A DNA stretch of 63,911 bases, filler included, from Octopus bimaculoides (Eukaryota): assembly GCF_001194135.2 (NCBI RefSeq). It is 6 parts of 6 records of this genome, joined end to end, with 100 filler letters (N's around TTAATTAATTAA, not from the genome) between each part and the next. Parts side by side here need not be neighbours in the genome. Positions count along the whole stretch, not along the records: positions 1 to 21,164 come from NC_068982.1; 5 more parts are not named here. One strand, written 5' to 3'. The notes beneath the pieces are model-generated. The model worked only from the letters and a program-made list of their open reading frames with translations. It made no database searches and was not told the DNA's origin. A program made the translations under genes and the position numbers. Shown here one piece after another: positions 1 to 13,768 of the stretch. Numbering within the stretch: the first letter of the stretch is position 1; each line of letters opens with the position of its first letter.

Positions 1-489
1 ATATGTTTGTATGCATGTATGTATGCACTCGCATACACACGCACACACTCACACATGCACACAAACACGACGGGCTTCCGTGCAGTTTCCCTTTTCCTTC
101 CGTCTACCACATTTTACTCCGCCAAACTAGCAAAACATTCAATCAAAGCGCGGATATTTTCGAAAAAAAAAAAAAAAACACCAGAAAACATCTAATTGCT
201 TTTCACCACCGCCAAATGACGTACACAGTGCAATAAGAATCGAGAATCGAACCCGGAACCACGTGATCGGTTGCGAAGCGACGAAAATAAAACTAATCGA
301 TTACAACTGTGAACCGAATCCCGATTTATTGGTCATGGTTTACCGATTATCTACTTAGTTTAACACAGCGCCGCGCGGTAGGGTGCCGCCGCTGCATATA
401 GAATTTAATAATGTAACGTAGGCTAATGTATTTCTACTGGTTGAACTGTAAACAATGGATTGCAACATAACTGTGCATTGCAGTTGGCA

Positions 490-1830
490 GCAGTTACTGC
501 TGCTGCTGCTGTTGCAACTTTTATGCTGTTCCTCTTATTGTTACTGTTGTTGTTATTGTTGTTGTTGTTGTTGTTAACAGTGATGTAGCACTAAAAAAGC
601 ATTCATTCATATAATGAAAAGATGTTGATTTTTTGGTGGTGATGATGGTGTTGCTGTTGTTGTTGTTGGTGGTGGTGGTGTTAGTGTTGGCGACAACGAC
701 GGTGGTGGTGGTGGTGCTGGTGCTGGTGGTGCTGGTGCTGGTGGTGCTGGTGCTGGTGGTGATGGTGCTGGCGTAAGTTGTAGTGGAATAAGTTGCAATG
801 TAACTTATTGTTGTTGTTGTTGTCAACAGTGATGTAGCACTAAAAAGCATTCATTCATATAATGAAAATATGTTGTANNNNNNNNNNNNNNNNNNNNNNN
901 NNNNNNNNNNNNNNNNNNNNNNNNNNNNNNNNNNNNNNNNNNNNNNNNNNNNNNNNNNNNNNNNNNNNNNNNNNNNNNNNNNNNNNNNNNNNNNNNNNNN
1001 NNNNNNNNNNNNNNNNNNNNNNNNNNNNNNNNNNNNNNNNNNNNNNNNNNNNNNNNNNNNNNNNNNNNNNNNNNNNNNNNNNNNNNNNNNNNNNNNNNNN
1101 NNNNNNNNNNNNNNNNNNNNNNNNNNNNNNNNNNNNNNNNNNNNNNNNNNNNNNNNNNNNNNNNNNNNNNNNNNNNNNNNNNNNNNNNNNNNNNNNNNNN
1201 NNNNNNNNNNNNNNNNNNNNNNNNNNNNNNNNNNNNNNNNNNNNNNNNNNNNNNNNNNNNNNNNNNNNNNNNNNNNNNNNNNNNNNNNNNNNNNNNNNNN
1301 NNNNNNNNNNNNNNNNNNNNNNNNNNNNNNNNNNNNNNNNNNNNNNNNNNNNNNNNNNNNNNNNNNNGGTGGTGGTGGTGGTGGTAGTGCTGGTGCTGCT
1401 TCTGCTGCTGCTGATGGTGATGACAATGCTAACGCTGCCGATGGTGAAGGCGGTGAGGATATTTATGATAGTGATGACGGTAGTGGTAATGGAGAAGTCA
1501 ATTACTTTGGCTGTGATGATGAAGATGATGATGATGATGTTAATGATAATGATGGTGATGATGATGATGATGATGATGGAGGTGGTGTTGATGATGGTGA
1601 TGAGAATGACGTTGATGATAATGTTGTTGATAATGATGATGATGATGGTGATGAGAATGATGTTGATGATGATGATAATGATGGCGACGACACCCACAAC
1701 CGCCACTATCACACCTATCACTACAAGTAACAGCAAAACGTTTGTAGTAGTTCTTGTGGTGGTGGTGGTGGTGGTGGTGGTGGTGGTAGTGGTGGTGGAG
1801 TTGGTAGTGGTTGTTGTGATGGTTAAGTGA
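490..1830. repeat. Compound trinucleotide low-complexity tract (GTT/GGT/GCT/GAT) spanning a gap
   Basis: Direct reading of the sequence. Confidence 0.9.
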
Positions 1831-2049
1831 GAGGCGTCCTTGTGTTTGTTGTACCAATGTACACCAAGTAGACCTTTGATCAAAGGTTTTTTCCGACCGT
1901 GATCACCACGTCTGTTTCCATCTCCGGGCAAAGCTGACTTCGGCGGAATTTGAACTCAGAAGGGTTCAAAGAGTTACAGAGTCGCAGGAAACGCTGCTAA
2001 GTATTTTGTCCAAGGCCCTAACGATTCTACCGACTCACTTCCTTAAGAA

Positions 2050-2185
2050 TGGTTTCAATTTCCATCTACCAAATCCACTCACAAGGCTTAGGTCGACCCC
2101 AGGCTGTAGTGAAAGACACTTAGCCAAGGTGCCACGCAGTGGGACTGAACCCGGAACCATGCAGTTGGGAAACAAGCTTTTTTGC
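2050..2185 (-). mobile_element. SINE family A, 5' half
   Basis: Reverse-complement match to the 17236 copy. Confidence 0.8.
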
Positions 2186-3206
2186 TATATACTCACACCT
2201 GCGCTTATATGTATGTGTGTGTGTGTGTGCGTGCGTGCGTGTGTGTGTGTGCCTGTGTCTGTGTGTGCTCGTACACACATACATACACATATGCACTTGT
2301 GTGAAGGAGGTTTACTTACCTAAAACAGTAAGCAAACCTCTCTCAAAATCATACTTTGTCATGTATATATGTGTCTGTGCTTGTGGATAAAAAAGCTTCC
2401 ACTATTTTAAGTTCATTGAGGTGGCTTCAATATCTAAAAGGAAGTAACACAGGTGAGAAACAGAGATCGATATAATGAATAACAGAACTGAAATTGATAT
2501 AATTATCTAAACCCCTTGAAAGCCGTGCTCCAGTCTAGCTGCAGTTCAATGTTAGTAACCAGTAATAGAATGATAGTGTACTAGTATGTATAGCTATTTA
2601 CTTATATGCGTATGTACGTGTATATTTGTGTTTGCATTTGAAATATAATGTATACCTTTTTTTAGTAAGCAGGTATCTTGTCTCTTCTGTGAAACACGTA
2701 AAGTAACATCACAAATTTTCATCATTTCTTGAGCAGAAAAGATGACAGTGATCCGACCGGAAAATTAGTCTTCTTAGATTTTTATGAGAGAAAGAATAAC
2801 CCATCTTATAATTACGGAAAGATTCAGTTTCTTATAGTGACTTATAATGTATGAAGTCCAGAGCTAAGCTAAGCCGGTAATCTGATTAGCATAACTGTGC
2901 ACACGCTAATAACGTCGTTTAATTTTAAATTATTTCTGCATCGTGCCACTTCCAGCATTTATTTTATTCTTAAATTTAAAACAAGGCATATCTATTTTAA
3001 ATAAACATGAGATATTAACCTGGCTGTGAAATGTAAATTGCCCGCAGAGTGATAAAATCTATGATGTTAACACTTCCGTTTACTTTCATAAGAGAAGCTA
3101 AAATTAGACATTTATTAAGAAAAAGTCCCTTAAAAAAATGGTGCACAGTAATAGACATATACACACATATACATACACAATTCACACATACACACCTTTA
3201 CATCTC

Positions 3207-3250
<44 letters not shown>

Positions 3251-3839
3251 NNNNNNNNNNNNNNNNNNNNNNNNNNNNNNNNNNNNNNNNNNNNNNNNNN
3301 NNNNNNNNNNNNNNNNNNNNNNNNNNNNNNNNNNNNNNNNNNNNNNNNNNNNNNNNNNNNNNNNNNNNNNNNNNNNNNNNNNNNNNNNNNNNNNNNNNNN
3401 NNNNNNNNNNNNNNNNNNNNNNNNNNNNNNNNNNNNNNNNNNNNNNNNNNNNNNNNNNNNNNNNNNNNNNNNNNNNNNNNNNNNNNNNNNNNNNNNNNNN
3501 NNNNNNNNNNNNNNNNNNNNNNNNNNNNNNNNNNNNNNNNNNNNNNNNNNNNNNNNNNNNNNNNNNNNNNNNNNNNNNNNNNNNNNNNNNNTTTCATTCT
3601 CTTAACCATGAAACGATCGTATCCGATTAACTAAAGACTTGTTTTGTTTATGCTTTCCCCTCCGGTTTTTTGTTCTATGTGTGCCATAAATATCGCCATC
3701 CGTTTAGAGAAAAATTTGTAGTTTAGAATCAGTAGTTCTTTGACTGCTATTTCTAAATTTTCAGTATGTTGGAGAAGCAACTCAATGCTAATCCCTGTAT
3801 ATTTATGATTATATATATATATATATATATACACATTTG

Positions 3840-3870
<31 letters not shown>

Positions 3871-4084
3871 ATGTTCATTATGCATATGTGTTTATATGTA
3901 AAACTGAAGATTTGTGTAAGTTAAAAAACCACACCTGGTGGTGTTTGATTTTGAAAACACAGATATGAAAGATATAAAACATATTCGTTTTAGTTCTGTT
4001 TGATAAACAAGGAAAGAAAGTGGAGCTGTGGTAGGAATCCATTTTCAGCATGAACCCGTTTAGTTCCAAACATATTGATCATGA

Positions 4085-4408
4085 GTGAAGGTGCATGGCT
4101 TAGTGGTTAAGGCATTCGGCTCGCGATTGTAAGGTCGTGAGTTCAATTCCCGGCGACGCGTTGTGTCTTTGAGCAAGACACTTTATTTCACGTTGCTCCA
4201 GTCCATTCAGCTGGCAAAAATGAGTTGCACCTGTATTTCAAAGAGGCGGCCTTGTCACACTCTGTGTCACGCTGAATCTCCCTGAGAACTACGTTAGGGG
4301 TAAACATGCCTGTGGATTGCTCAGTCACTTGCACGTTAATTTCATGAGCAGGCTGTTCTGTTGATCGTATCAGCTGGGACCCTCGTCGTCGTAACCGACG
4401 GAATGCTC
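4085..4408 (+). mobile_element. SINE family B (head B1, tail T1), full length
   Basis: tRNA-like A/B boxes (tggcttagtggttaa; gagttcaattccc), body cttgagcaagacactttatttcacgttgctccag, tail ...gtcgtaaccgacgg. Confidence 0.9.
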
Positions 4409-4674
4409 CTAAAAATAATTGATCAACAATTGACTAATAAGTTGAAGCTGTTTTTGACTGACTCCCTCAATCAATCGGTTCGATTCTATACATTTCATTG
4501 TTTTCTTGTGACATAAAATCAAAACTCAAAAAGAAACCCCCTCCACGTGCTACAACTCGCCACCATAAAACAAAGAAACCATTTACTTTACGAATTATGC
4601 TTCATCCTCGTATGAGATTTGTGCAAAATAATCAACTTTTACTTAAAAAAAAGACAAGTAGTTATTAAATAAAA

Positions 4675-4975
4675 ACCGGCATTCCGTCGGTTACGATGAC
4701 CAGTGCTCCAGTTGATAGTGAAATTAATGTGCAAGTGGTTGAGCACTCCACAGACGCGTATACCCTTAACGTAGTTCTCGGAGATATTCAGCGTGATACA
4801 AAATACAAGTTTGGCCCTTTGAGTTACAGGCACAACTCATTTTTGCCAGTTGAGTAGGCTGGAGCAACGTGAAATAAAGTATCTTGCTCAAGGATGCAAC
4901 GCGCCACCAGCAGTCGAACTCACGACCTTACAATCGTGAGTTGAATACCCGAACCACTAAGCCATGCACCTCCAC
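4675..4975 (-). mobile_element. SINE family B (B1/T1), inverted relative to the 4085 copy
   Basis: Reverse-complement match. Confidence 0.85.
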
Positions 4976-4984
4976 TTCAATTAA

Positions 4985-5215
4985 TTATCCTTCAGAGTTC
5001 TTCTCTTCATCGTTGATGCAACGCTTCAACGGCTCTGGAAGCTAGATTTTCCGAGATACTGCATTGCAAATGTTTGTCGGGTTTTTCCTGTCATTCGAAA
5101 TCGGTGACCTTCAGATGGATTTCAACTTTGAGTAGCAGAAGACATAAATGAATATATAAATAAAATTAATCCACTGGGGCAAAATCGGAGAATAGGGTAG
5201 AAGGGGGAAAAAAAA
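4985..5215 (-). mobile_element. Highly decayed mariner C-terminal remnant
   Basis: Minus-strand PYSP(D)FAPVD and HL.GHRF motifs with frameshifts. Confidence 0.45.
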
Positions 5216-5331
5216 CTGGCTTATGTTTCGCCATAAAGTCATGAACTGGGAGTAACTCGCACGTAGATACATTGCCGTTTCGAAGCATCCGGGCTTTGTT
5301 TTTCTCTGCCTTAGATCTCTTTCTTGGCAAT

Positions 5332-5642
5332 GATTCTCTCAAAAGCTTCAGGGATACAAATAAAACACCTCATTGAGCATCTGAACACGTTGAATAAGCT
5401 TATGATGGACAACTACTTTCTTATGATGAACAACTACTTTCTACACGCACGCACACACACGCACACACACACACATACACACACACACACATACACACAC
5501 ATACATCAATATAATCAACTTCACATCTGAGACACTGACTCTGACGCAAAGATTCTCTCAAAAAGCTTCAGGAATACGAATAAAACTCCTGATGAGCGTC
5601 TGAACACGCTGAATAAACTTATGATGAACGACTACGTTCCAA

Positions 5643-5675
<33 letters not shown>

Positions 5676-5758
5676 ACCACCACCACCACCACCACCACCA
5701 CCACCACCACCACCACACGCAATCAGCATCAACTTCACGTTTGAGAGACTCTGACGTC
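5332..5758. repeat. Two-unit tandem duplication, period about 219 bp
   Basis: gattctctcaaaa(a)gcttcagg at 5332 and 5551; each unit contains a different CA-type microsatellite. Confidence 0.85.
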
Positions 5759-6074
5759 CTTTTACTTTTACGCTGCGATGAACCAATTCACCGCGACAAC
5801 TACTTTTTTAATTTAACATTGCAGTCAAGCCAGCAATGTCCCATTGACTGTCATGGCGCTTAGAGAGTTTTCACCACTATTCAAACGATGAAACAAATCC
5901 TGACTGTCTCTTACTCGGTTCATCAGCTCAAGATTGTAAGGTCGTGAGTTCGACTGTTGGTGACCTGTTGTGTCCTTATTTCACGTTGCTCCAGCCTACT
6001 CAGCTGGCAAAAGTGAGTAGTACCTGTATTTCAAAAGGCGAAACTTGTTATAGTTTGGCACAAGGCTAGCAAGC

Positions 6075-6235
6075 TCAAGAGAGAGGGTAAGTCAATTACA
6101 TCGACCTCCATTGCTCAACTGTTAGTTATTTTATCAACCTCGAGAGGATAGGCAAAGTCGACCTCGGCAGAATTTGAACTCAGAACGTAAAGACGGATCA
6201 AATGCTGCAAAGCATTTTTCCCGCTGTGCTTGTGA
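6075..6235 (-). mobile_element. SINE family C
   Basis: aaggcaaagtcgacctcggcagaatttgaactcagaacgtaaagac core. Confidence 0.8.
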
Positions 6236-6250
6236 CAATATGTTACAGTT

Positions 6251-6298
<48 letters not shown>

Positions 6299-6833
6299 GT
6301 AATACAAATTTCTGCATGTATACTTCTGAAACTTCACAGAGTGTTGATTGACAATTTTCACGGCTCACTGCACACATTCACAATGCGATGACCGTCTGTT
6401 GTAGAATATCGATCAGATTTGGAATTGTTTTTTGTGAATTTTCTTTCCGGTACGAAACACTGGTGTATTTCCTCACACTGCATAGGGTATAAAGAATCGT
6501 TTCCACAAGACTTGTAAAACGAGAAAAATCTCCATAGAAGTCCCCCACCCCACAGTTTAAAACAGAATTTTTGCACTAACACAATACACTCCCGAATTCT
6601 TCATTGGTTAACTTACGACACCTCGCCAAGTGCACTCCAATGTGTAGATATATGACTAACCAACTAACTTCCCATACTAAGTAAATTCTCTTCCAGGATT
6701 ATTTTTCTCCACTCTACCCGGCTCGCCCCACACACATATAGACTCCAAGAGCGAAATCATCTCCGGTTACATCAAATTAACAACACTACCGATCCTAACT
6801 TTGTATCTTCCATTATCTTTTCTTTTGTTTGTA

Positions 6834-6889
<56 letters not shown>

Positions 6890-7379
6890 CACTCACTTAT
6901 GTATATCTGTATATATCTATACATACATGCACATATGCACATATATGTGTGAAACTACGTATGCATATTCTATTCTGTTTTTAATTGTTTAAATTCTTCC
7001 TATGAAGATAACAAAACTCCATCGTTGGAATGTAGATAACGAAAGCAACGTCACAATTTAAACCTGAGAAAACTCTTGCCTCGTTTTACTGTTCCGCTTC
7101 CAGATTGTATTCGTAATGTGCAAGTCAGTTGGTTGATTTCTTTTTCTGAGAATCCAAGCTTATGTATGTATGTATGTATGTATGTATGTATGTATGTATG
7201 TATGTATGTATGTATCTATAGATAGATAGATAGATAGATAGATAGACAGACAATTAGATAGATAGATAAATAGATTTATTTATTTATCTGGGTATATATG
7301 TCTTTGTCTATACAGAGATATTTTTGAAAGTTTAATAGTTTTAGTAATATTTTTGCGTTAATATTACTGTTGTCATTTA

Positions 7380-7790
7380 AAGGCGGTGAGTTGGAAGAAC
7401 TATTAGCGCACCATGCAAAATGCCTAGCTGCATTTCGTCTGTCTTTATGCTCTGAGTTCAAATTCCACCGAGGACGACTTTGCATTTCATCCTTTCGTGG
7501 ACGATAAAATAAGTACCAGTTGAGTATTGAGGCCGATGTAATCGACTTACCCCTTATCCTGAAATTACTGTGCCAAAATTTGAAATCTATATTACTCCGT
7601 TATTACGTCGGGTAAAATGCTTAGCAGTATTTCGTCCGTCTTTACGTTCTGAGTTCAAACTCTGCCTAGCTCGACTTTGCCTTTCATCGTTTCGGACTCG
7701 ATAAAATAAGTTCCAGTTGAGGACTGGGGTTGATGTAATTGACTTACTTCTTCCCTGAAATTGCTGGCCTGGTGCCAAAATTTGAACCCA
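7380..7790 (+). mobile_element. Two head-to-tail SINE family C copies
   Basis: aaggcggtgag...gttctgagttcaaattcc...ccaaaatttgaa occurs twice. Confidence 0.85.
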
Positions 7791-8039
7791 TTATTACTGC
7801 TATAGTTTCAAAAAGACCCGATTTTCTTTGTGAAATTTTATGCGGACAAATAACTTTGACAATCAACAATACTATATTGGTACAAAAACAAAAACAAAAC
7901 AAAATATAAAATATCTGTTCATTTCATTGGATAATTTATTGAAATCTTAAATACATTCTCAAGAATGGCTTTAATGAAATCAGTAAAACTGATAACTGTC
8001 ATAGTTAAACGAAACATGTATTATATTCTTTAATGCAAA

Positions 8040-10200
8040 TATTGCTATTATTTCAATGAAATCAATTTTCCATTCAGTTTAATTTTCAATACTAAGAGCT
8101 GCTAGGTCATTCAGTCTCTCCTATGTCATCATGCTTATTACAAAACCCATGATGAGCTTTAATTTGCTGAAAAAAATATCTCAACAGATATTGTTGCAGC
8201 TGAAAATGTGTAGAATATTCGTAGTGCAGTACATATATTTAGATAAATGTAATCTAACTTGTGCATTTTTATCGCGTCTAAAAGCTGACGTAGCTTCATG
8301 TTTTCATTCAAAATCATTTTCACATATTTTCCTAAAATGTACCTTGTCTTCTCTTGCATGTATTCTGAGAGATTCTCTATTGTTTCTTTTGTTTTAGCAA
8401 ATACATTGTGCATGCACCTTCCTCTTCTGCCACGTTTCGATACTTGCACAAAAACGCATGATAAATTATTACTTTTGTTTACAACATGAAACTGTTTTGA
8501 CACTCTGGCGCTCACCGAATCGATAACATAAAAAATAAAACATTCTGCTAGAATTCATCACAGGCATCATAAAAATTTTCTCCAGCCGTCTCTGGTTCAT
8601 TCATCGTCTTTACTAGCAATGTTTCTTGCTTATTGTTCAGCATTCAGTTTTGTTAGATGGGACTCATTTTCCATTACTTCAGTAACGAATTTTGTTTCAT
8701 TTAAAATCTGTGCCCATTTTCCTTGTAACTCATCTAAATCATTCGAGCGCGATTTAAGTCCTCATTGCCCAGATGATATGATCTCCGCCGATTTCCGAAA
8801 GCATCTTCAAACTCATCAATGACATAAGGATGCAAATGAAGGATGACACATATTTGATTACATCATTGGTGTCATTATTGGATTTGGGCCAAAAGATTGA
8901 GAGACAAGTGTTTAAGGAGACAGAATTACCATTGACAAAAAATTATTTAGCGCATGTCTTACTCTAATAGGTTGAGCAACAAATATTCTCACACCTGCCG
9001 TTGTCTTTCTACAGAGTGTCTGACAAAGGGCAATGGATTCACCTTCATCCTCTCCAAGAAAATAACTTTGTACTGAGAAGTGGAAGAAAACAAACTGAAT
9101 TGCTTGAACAAAAAATTTAACTGCCCCCATTGCTATTAATGTACTGAGGGAGAATCTACTTCACTTAAGGAAGGAATGCGGACTGACAACAAATATATGC
9201 TACGGGGTAACATTGTACTTGCCAGGCATGTTGGCATCGTAATAATAACTCTGTCTACAATAATATTTGATAAGTATCCAAACAGTTTGGGTGTCAATCA
9301 GGTGGGTTTTTTTTTCATTCGGTTGCTTGCCTTCTTACAACATCAACAAATCGTTCTTGAACTGGAAATTTGTTATTACTTTTGGTCAAATAACGGATGA
9401 TGAACGGGTGATGTAACGCACAAACAACAAATGATAATGTCATTCACTATTTGGCTGTTCCACATAACTAGAAATTTGTATTGTACCAACCACAACTGAA
9501 TATTTTACGAAATTTAAAATATGGATCTGAATATAATCTGTACAGTTAATAAGGTATTCAGTTTGACAAAAAACTTGATAGTGAACTTGAAGCTATTTAC
9601 TGTTTTTTTTATTTATTGCAAGGCTGTAATCTTCAGAGCAATTTTAGTGGTTTGTAATTAGCCAAGAGTTCAATGATTCCAAAGAGATTCGTGTTTTAAA
9701 TTCTCTGATTCGCTAGAATGAGACTCGGAGACCAAATCTTTGTTGCTCAAGAAAAATTACTACATCAATTGCATTGTGTAATTTTTTTTTTTTTCTAATT
9801 TTTTTTTTGTCTTTAGTCAGTATATATAATTTCTTATTTGCTTCTACCTAGAAATCAAAGGAGATGATTACATTCCCTTCAAACTTTGCTTTTCTGACAT
9901 GGACATCAATGTTTTGAAAGTGACCTATTTTCCATTACATTTCAGATAGATTTAGCACTGTGTTGCTGAAGAAGAAATATCGTTATAGCAAATATTCTGC
10001 TCAATAGAACAAATTTGCATGTCAATTGCTTGACCTTTATCACTTGAACATGTCCCTTACTGACAATAAGTGCATCTCTGATCACGAGCAGGAGTAATTG
10101 GGGAGCATCATAGTCATGTGTTGAGAGAGATTCTTTGGGGTTTGAATAATTATCGTAACAAAAGCAAAGTTTGAAGGATATATTAGCCATTTTTCATACT
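8040..10200 (-). mobile_element. Decayed hAT transposase (ZMYM1/DUF4371-like) with C-terminal dimerisation domain
   Basis: Minus-strand fragments CRQSY..DANMPGKYN, YLNICTALRIFYTFSAATISVE.FFS and KLKLIM...MT*ERLNDLAALSIEN. Many stops and frameshifts; no TIRs identified. Confidence 0.8.
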
Positions 10201-10520
10201 TCCTAGGGGTAAGCAAATAGGAAATAACAGTTGCTGCCCAAGGACAAAAATATCATGTTACACAGTGATATCCTCGTAAGTAGAGTTTGTCATTACTTAT
10301 CTTTTTATATCACTTTCTCGCCTCTTTCTCTCACCATCGCTTTCTTTCACTCTCTGATACTGTGCTATGTAATATTTCCATTGTGTTGTATTGTTTTCCA
10401 GTTCAGGAGATCTGTAGAGCAGTTCTCACTATTCCTGTTGCTCTATCACTCGATCTTGTTTGTATACCAAATTCGATTGAGGCTTTTGCAACTGTTGGTA
10501 CCTTGTATGACAGAAAAAAC

Positions 10521-10885
10521 ATAGGCGTGATTGTGTAGCTAAAAAGCTCACTTTACAACCGTGCGGTACCTTAGCTGGAGCCAACCAATGACTTGAGAGT
10601 GAATTCGGCAGACGGAAACTTTACGGAGGCCAGTAGACTGAATAAATACATAAATAAATAAATATGTATGTATGTAGTTATATGTGTATGACTTACTGTT
10701 TCTGTTAGTCCTCTATCGCTTGTCAATAAGTGTTGGTTTGTACATGTCCCTGTAACTTAACAGGTTGGCAAAAAAAGCGATAAAACAAGCACCAGACTTA
10801 AAAGTAAATACTGGGGTCGATTTGTTTGACAAAATTTTACAGGGTGATGCCACAACATCTCCGCATCCCAAAGACAGTAATAAAG
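10521..10885 (+). mobile_element. SINE family A, diverged
   Basis: Degenerate head, internal microsatellite and 3' half. Confidence 0.65.
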
Positions 10886-10989
10886 AGAAAAATAAAATGA
10901 GTTAAAGGTAAACAATATTAGCATCAGTCTCCACGCCGGAATACAAATCACCGACCAACTTTGAGAACAAACTTGAGACGTTCTCCTTC

Positions 10990-11385
10990 AGTAAAATAAT
11001 TACAACTAAATACGTTAGGTTGTTCTTGAGCTACAGGTGACCCAGTAACATGTAAGGCGGTACAACCTGAAGCATGGTCAGGTCGTCGTCGACTTGACCG
11101 ACAATTTCATCAAGCTTGGCTAGAGAAAAGGAGGGATTTTTGGACACCCCAGAGAAGAAAAATCAAGACCCGCCAAAGGGCGGAAGAATTCAGGAGAGTT
11201 AACAGTCATCCAATATAATCAAGAGTAGTGTAGTGCTCACCAGTCGTACTGAAAACAATGTATCTACGACAAGGTAATCTTTGAAATAACAACCCTTCAG
11301 CGAGGACTTGCAACCAGCTGATACTATTTTGCACAGAAAAAGTTATGACCTGAAGATGTCATAGATTCGTCCACGGACGACTGAT
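10990..11385 (+). repeat. Unclassified interspersed repeat, possibly a Penelope-like terminal region
   Basis: Non-coding and moderately GC-rich, ends in cctgaagatg followed by (ATAC)n. Classification is tentative. Confidence 0.25.
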
Positions 11386-13369
11386 ATACATACATACATA
11401 CATATATACATACATGCATGCATACATACATACATACATAGAAAAACACCCTCAACACATTTAGTAGGAGCTACATATAATATTCAAAAGAGCTTGATTC
11501 GTCTCCTTTCTAAAACCATTCTAAAACTAAGCGTTTCGAAGAGTTAGGGCAGGACGCATTGTTAGAATAGCTCTTCCCGCGGAAACGAATTAAATTTGTA
11601 ACACGGAGGAATGTAGTGGCGAACAGAAAACAAGACAGGAAAACGAAACAGAGAAAATAAACAAGAAGGGCTATAAGGCCAAACGTGAAAAAAATATATA
11701 TATGTATACTGAACGCTGTGATGTGACGAACTAGAAGGAAGAGAGAAGAAGGAAGTTCGTGCGAGCTTGGCAACGGCCAAGATAGGAAAGGAGGAAGTAG
11801 CCGGACACACGTGACCAGCGCGGGGTAAGGAGAAAGAGTGGTAGAGGGAGAAAAAAAGGGGGGGGGATATGTGAGCAACGAGAGACCGGGAGGAAGAGAG
11901 AGAGAGATATAGTAGTGAAGGGGTGAGGCGAAGAACAACAGAAGGAAGAACGAGAGGGGGAGAAAGATACAAATATAGATAGTTTGGATGGAATGTTGCG
12001 TTTTCTTTTCCTTTTATGCAAAGTGTCAAATTTAGCCCGAACACCAAGTAAAATATCAGCATATTGCCTTTCGAAATAACAATATCGCTCAAACATTGTG
12101 TCTACAATTGCCAGATTAAGGGGAATGGCTCATTAATACACCGTGGTAAGACTTACAACGACTAGTACAACAAGAACAATTATCAATAGTTCAGCGAAAT
12201 AATGGATTATAAGATAAATAAGATCAAACAATGTATAACCGCATTACGTGTTGTTAGGATTAATCAGTGGTGCATATGGTATATATATATATATATATAT
12301 ATNNNNNNNNNNNNNNNNNNNNNNNNNNNNNNNNNNNNNNNNNNNNNNNNNNNNNNNNNNNNNNNNNNNNNNNNNNNNNNNNNNNNNNNNNNNNNNNNNN
12401 NNNNNNNNNNNNNNNNNNNNNNNNNNNNNNNNNNNNNNNNNNNNNNNNNNNNNNNNNNNNNNNNNNNNNNNNNNNNNNNNNNNNNNNNNNNNNNNNNNNN
12501 NNNNNNNNNNNNNNNNNNNNNNNNNNNNNNNNNNNNNNNNNNNNNNNNNNNNNNNNNNNNNNNNNNNNNNNNNNNNNNNNNNNNNNNNNNNNNNNNNNNN
12601 NNNNNNNNNNNNNNNNNNNNNNNNNNNNNNNNNNNNNNNNNNNNNNNNNNNNNNNNNNNNNNNNNNNNNNNNNNNNNNNNNNNNNNNNNNNNNNNNNNNN
12701 NNNNNNNNNATAAATGTGAAACAAATTGGGAAAAAATAGTACTCGAATACCGGAGGTAGAGTAATATGCTTTATTATTATCAAAGCTGCAAAAAAAATCT
12801 CAAAAATATCACAAAAAAAAACTGCTACTCAGAGTTTCATACATTATTACATATGTTATTGAATTATAGAGCAAGTGGTTGAATAATCCGCAGACTGTTG
12901 TACACTTAAGCAGAATCAAAATGGCGAAGCCGACCTTTTTGGACCACAGGGTCACTCTTATCCGACTGGCTCCCACAGTTTCCGGTCACTCAATTTTACT
13001 CACAAGTCCTGCATTTACTTGAAACTACAATAAAAAAGACACTTGCATACGGTGTTCCTTTGAACTATTTATACGTGTTGTTAATCCCCGTTGAAACCTA
13101 TATGAGCAGAGTTAGGAGCAAATATTTTCAATCTTGACCATCCATAGTTTGTATTTCAGTGGCTATATTCTCTAATGTTGTCTTCTTTTGCAATTTCTAT
13201 GGTGGACGTTAGCTGTTATTTCTAACAGTCCCACTGACCTCTTAGAGGAGTGTTTCTCAAATATTTGTCTCATGACACATTTCGATTTTCTCCCACAAGA
13301 CATGTGCTCCACTATGAACTATATAGCATATAAGGCGGTGAGCCTTGTAGCATTTCGTCCGGCGTACAT

Positions 13370-13404
<35 letters not shown>

Positions 13405-13734
13405 CCGCTGCTTTTCAGACGATTACGGTCCCTGTCAGCATGTATGTATACAGTTATGTGTTTCAACTGCAGCATTAGAGAGTTTAGCTCTTGTTTCTAG
13501 TAATATAGGTGTTTCTAACACCCTCAGTCATATTTAATGAGGATTATAGTTTTCCTATTGATACACATTGCTTACACCTGCCTACATTATATATGTATAT
13601 ATAAAATCAAAATAAGCAACAAGGATATTCAAGGTTAATGCAGTACGATCGTTTGATGCGACTCCATCTATTTAAGCAATGTGAGTATGTGGTGTGGTGT
13701 GGTGTGGTGGTGTTGGGGTGTGAGGGATACACCT

Positions 13735-13768
<34 letters not shown>

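Noticed and set aside
1368-1730. Asp/Gly-rich reading frame resembling acidic biomineralisation proteins
   Set aside because: Decayed (GAT)/(GGT) repeat open in several frames on both strands, no start or splice support, and 5' end in a gap. Would need RNA evidence.
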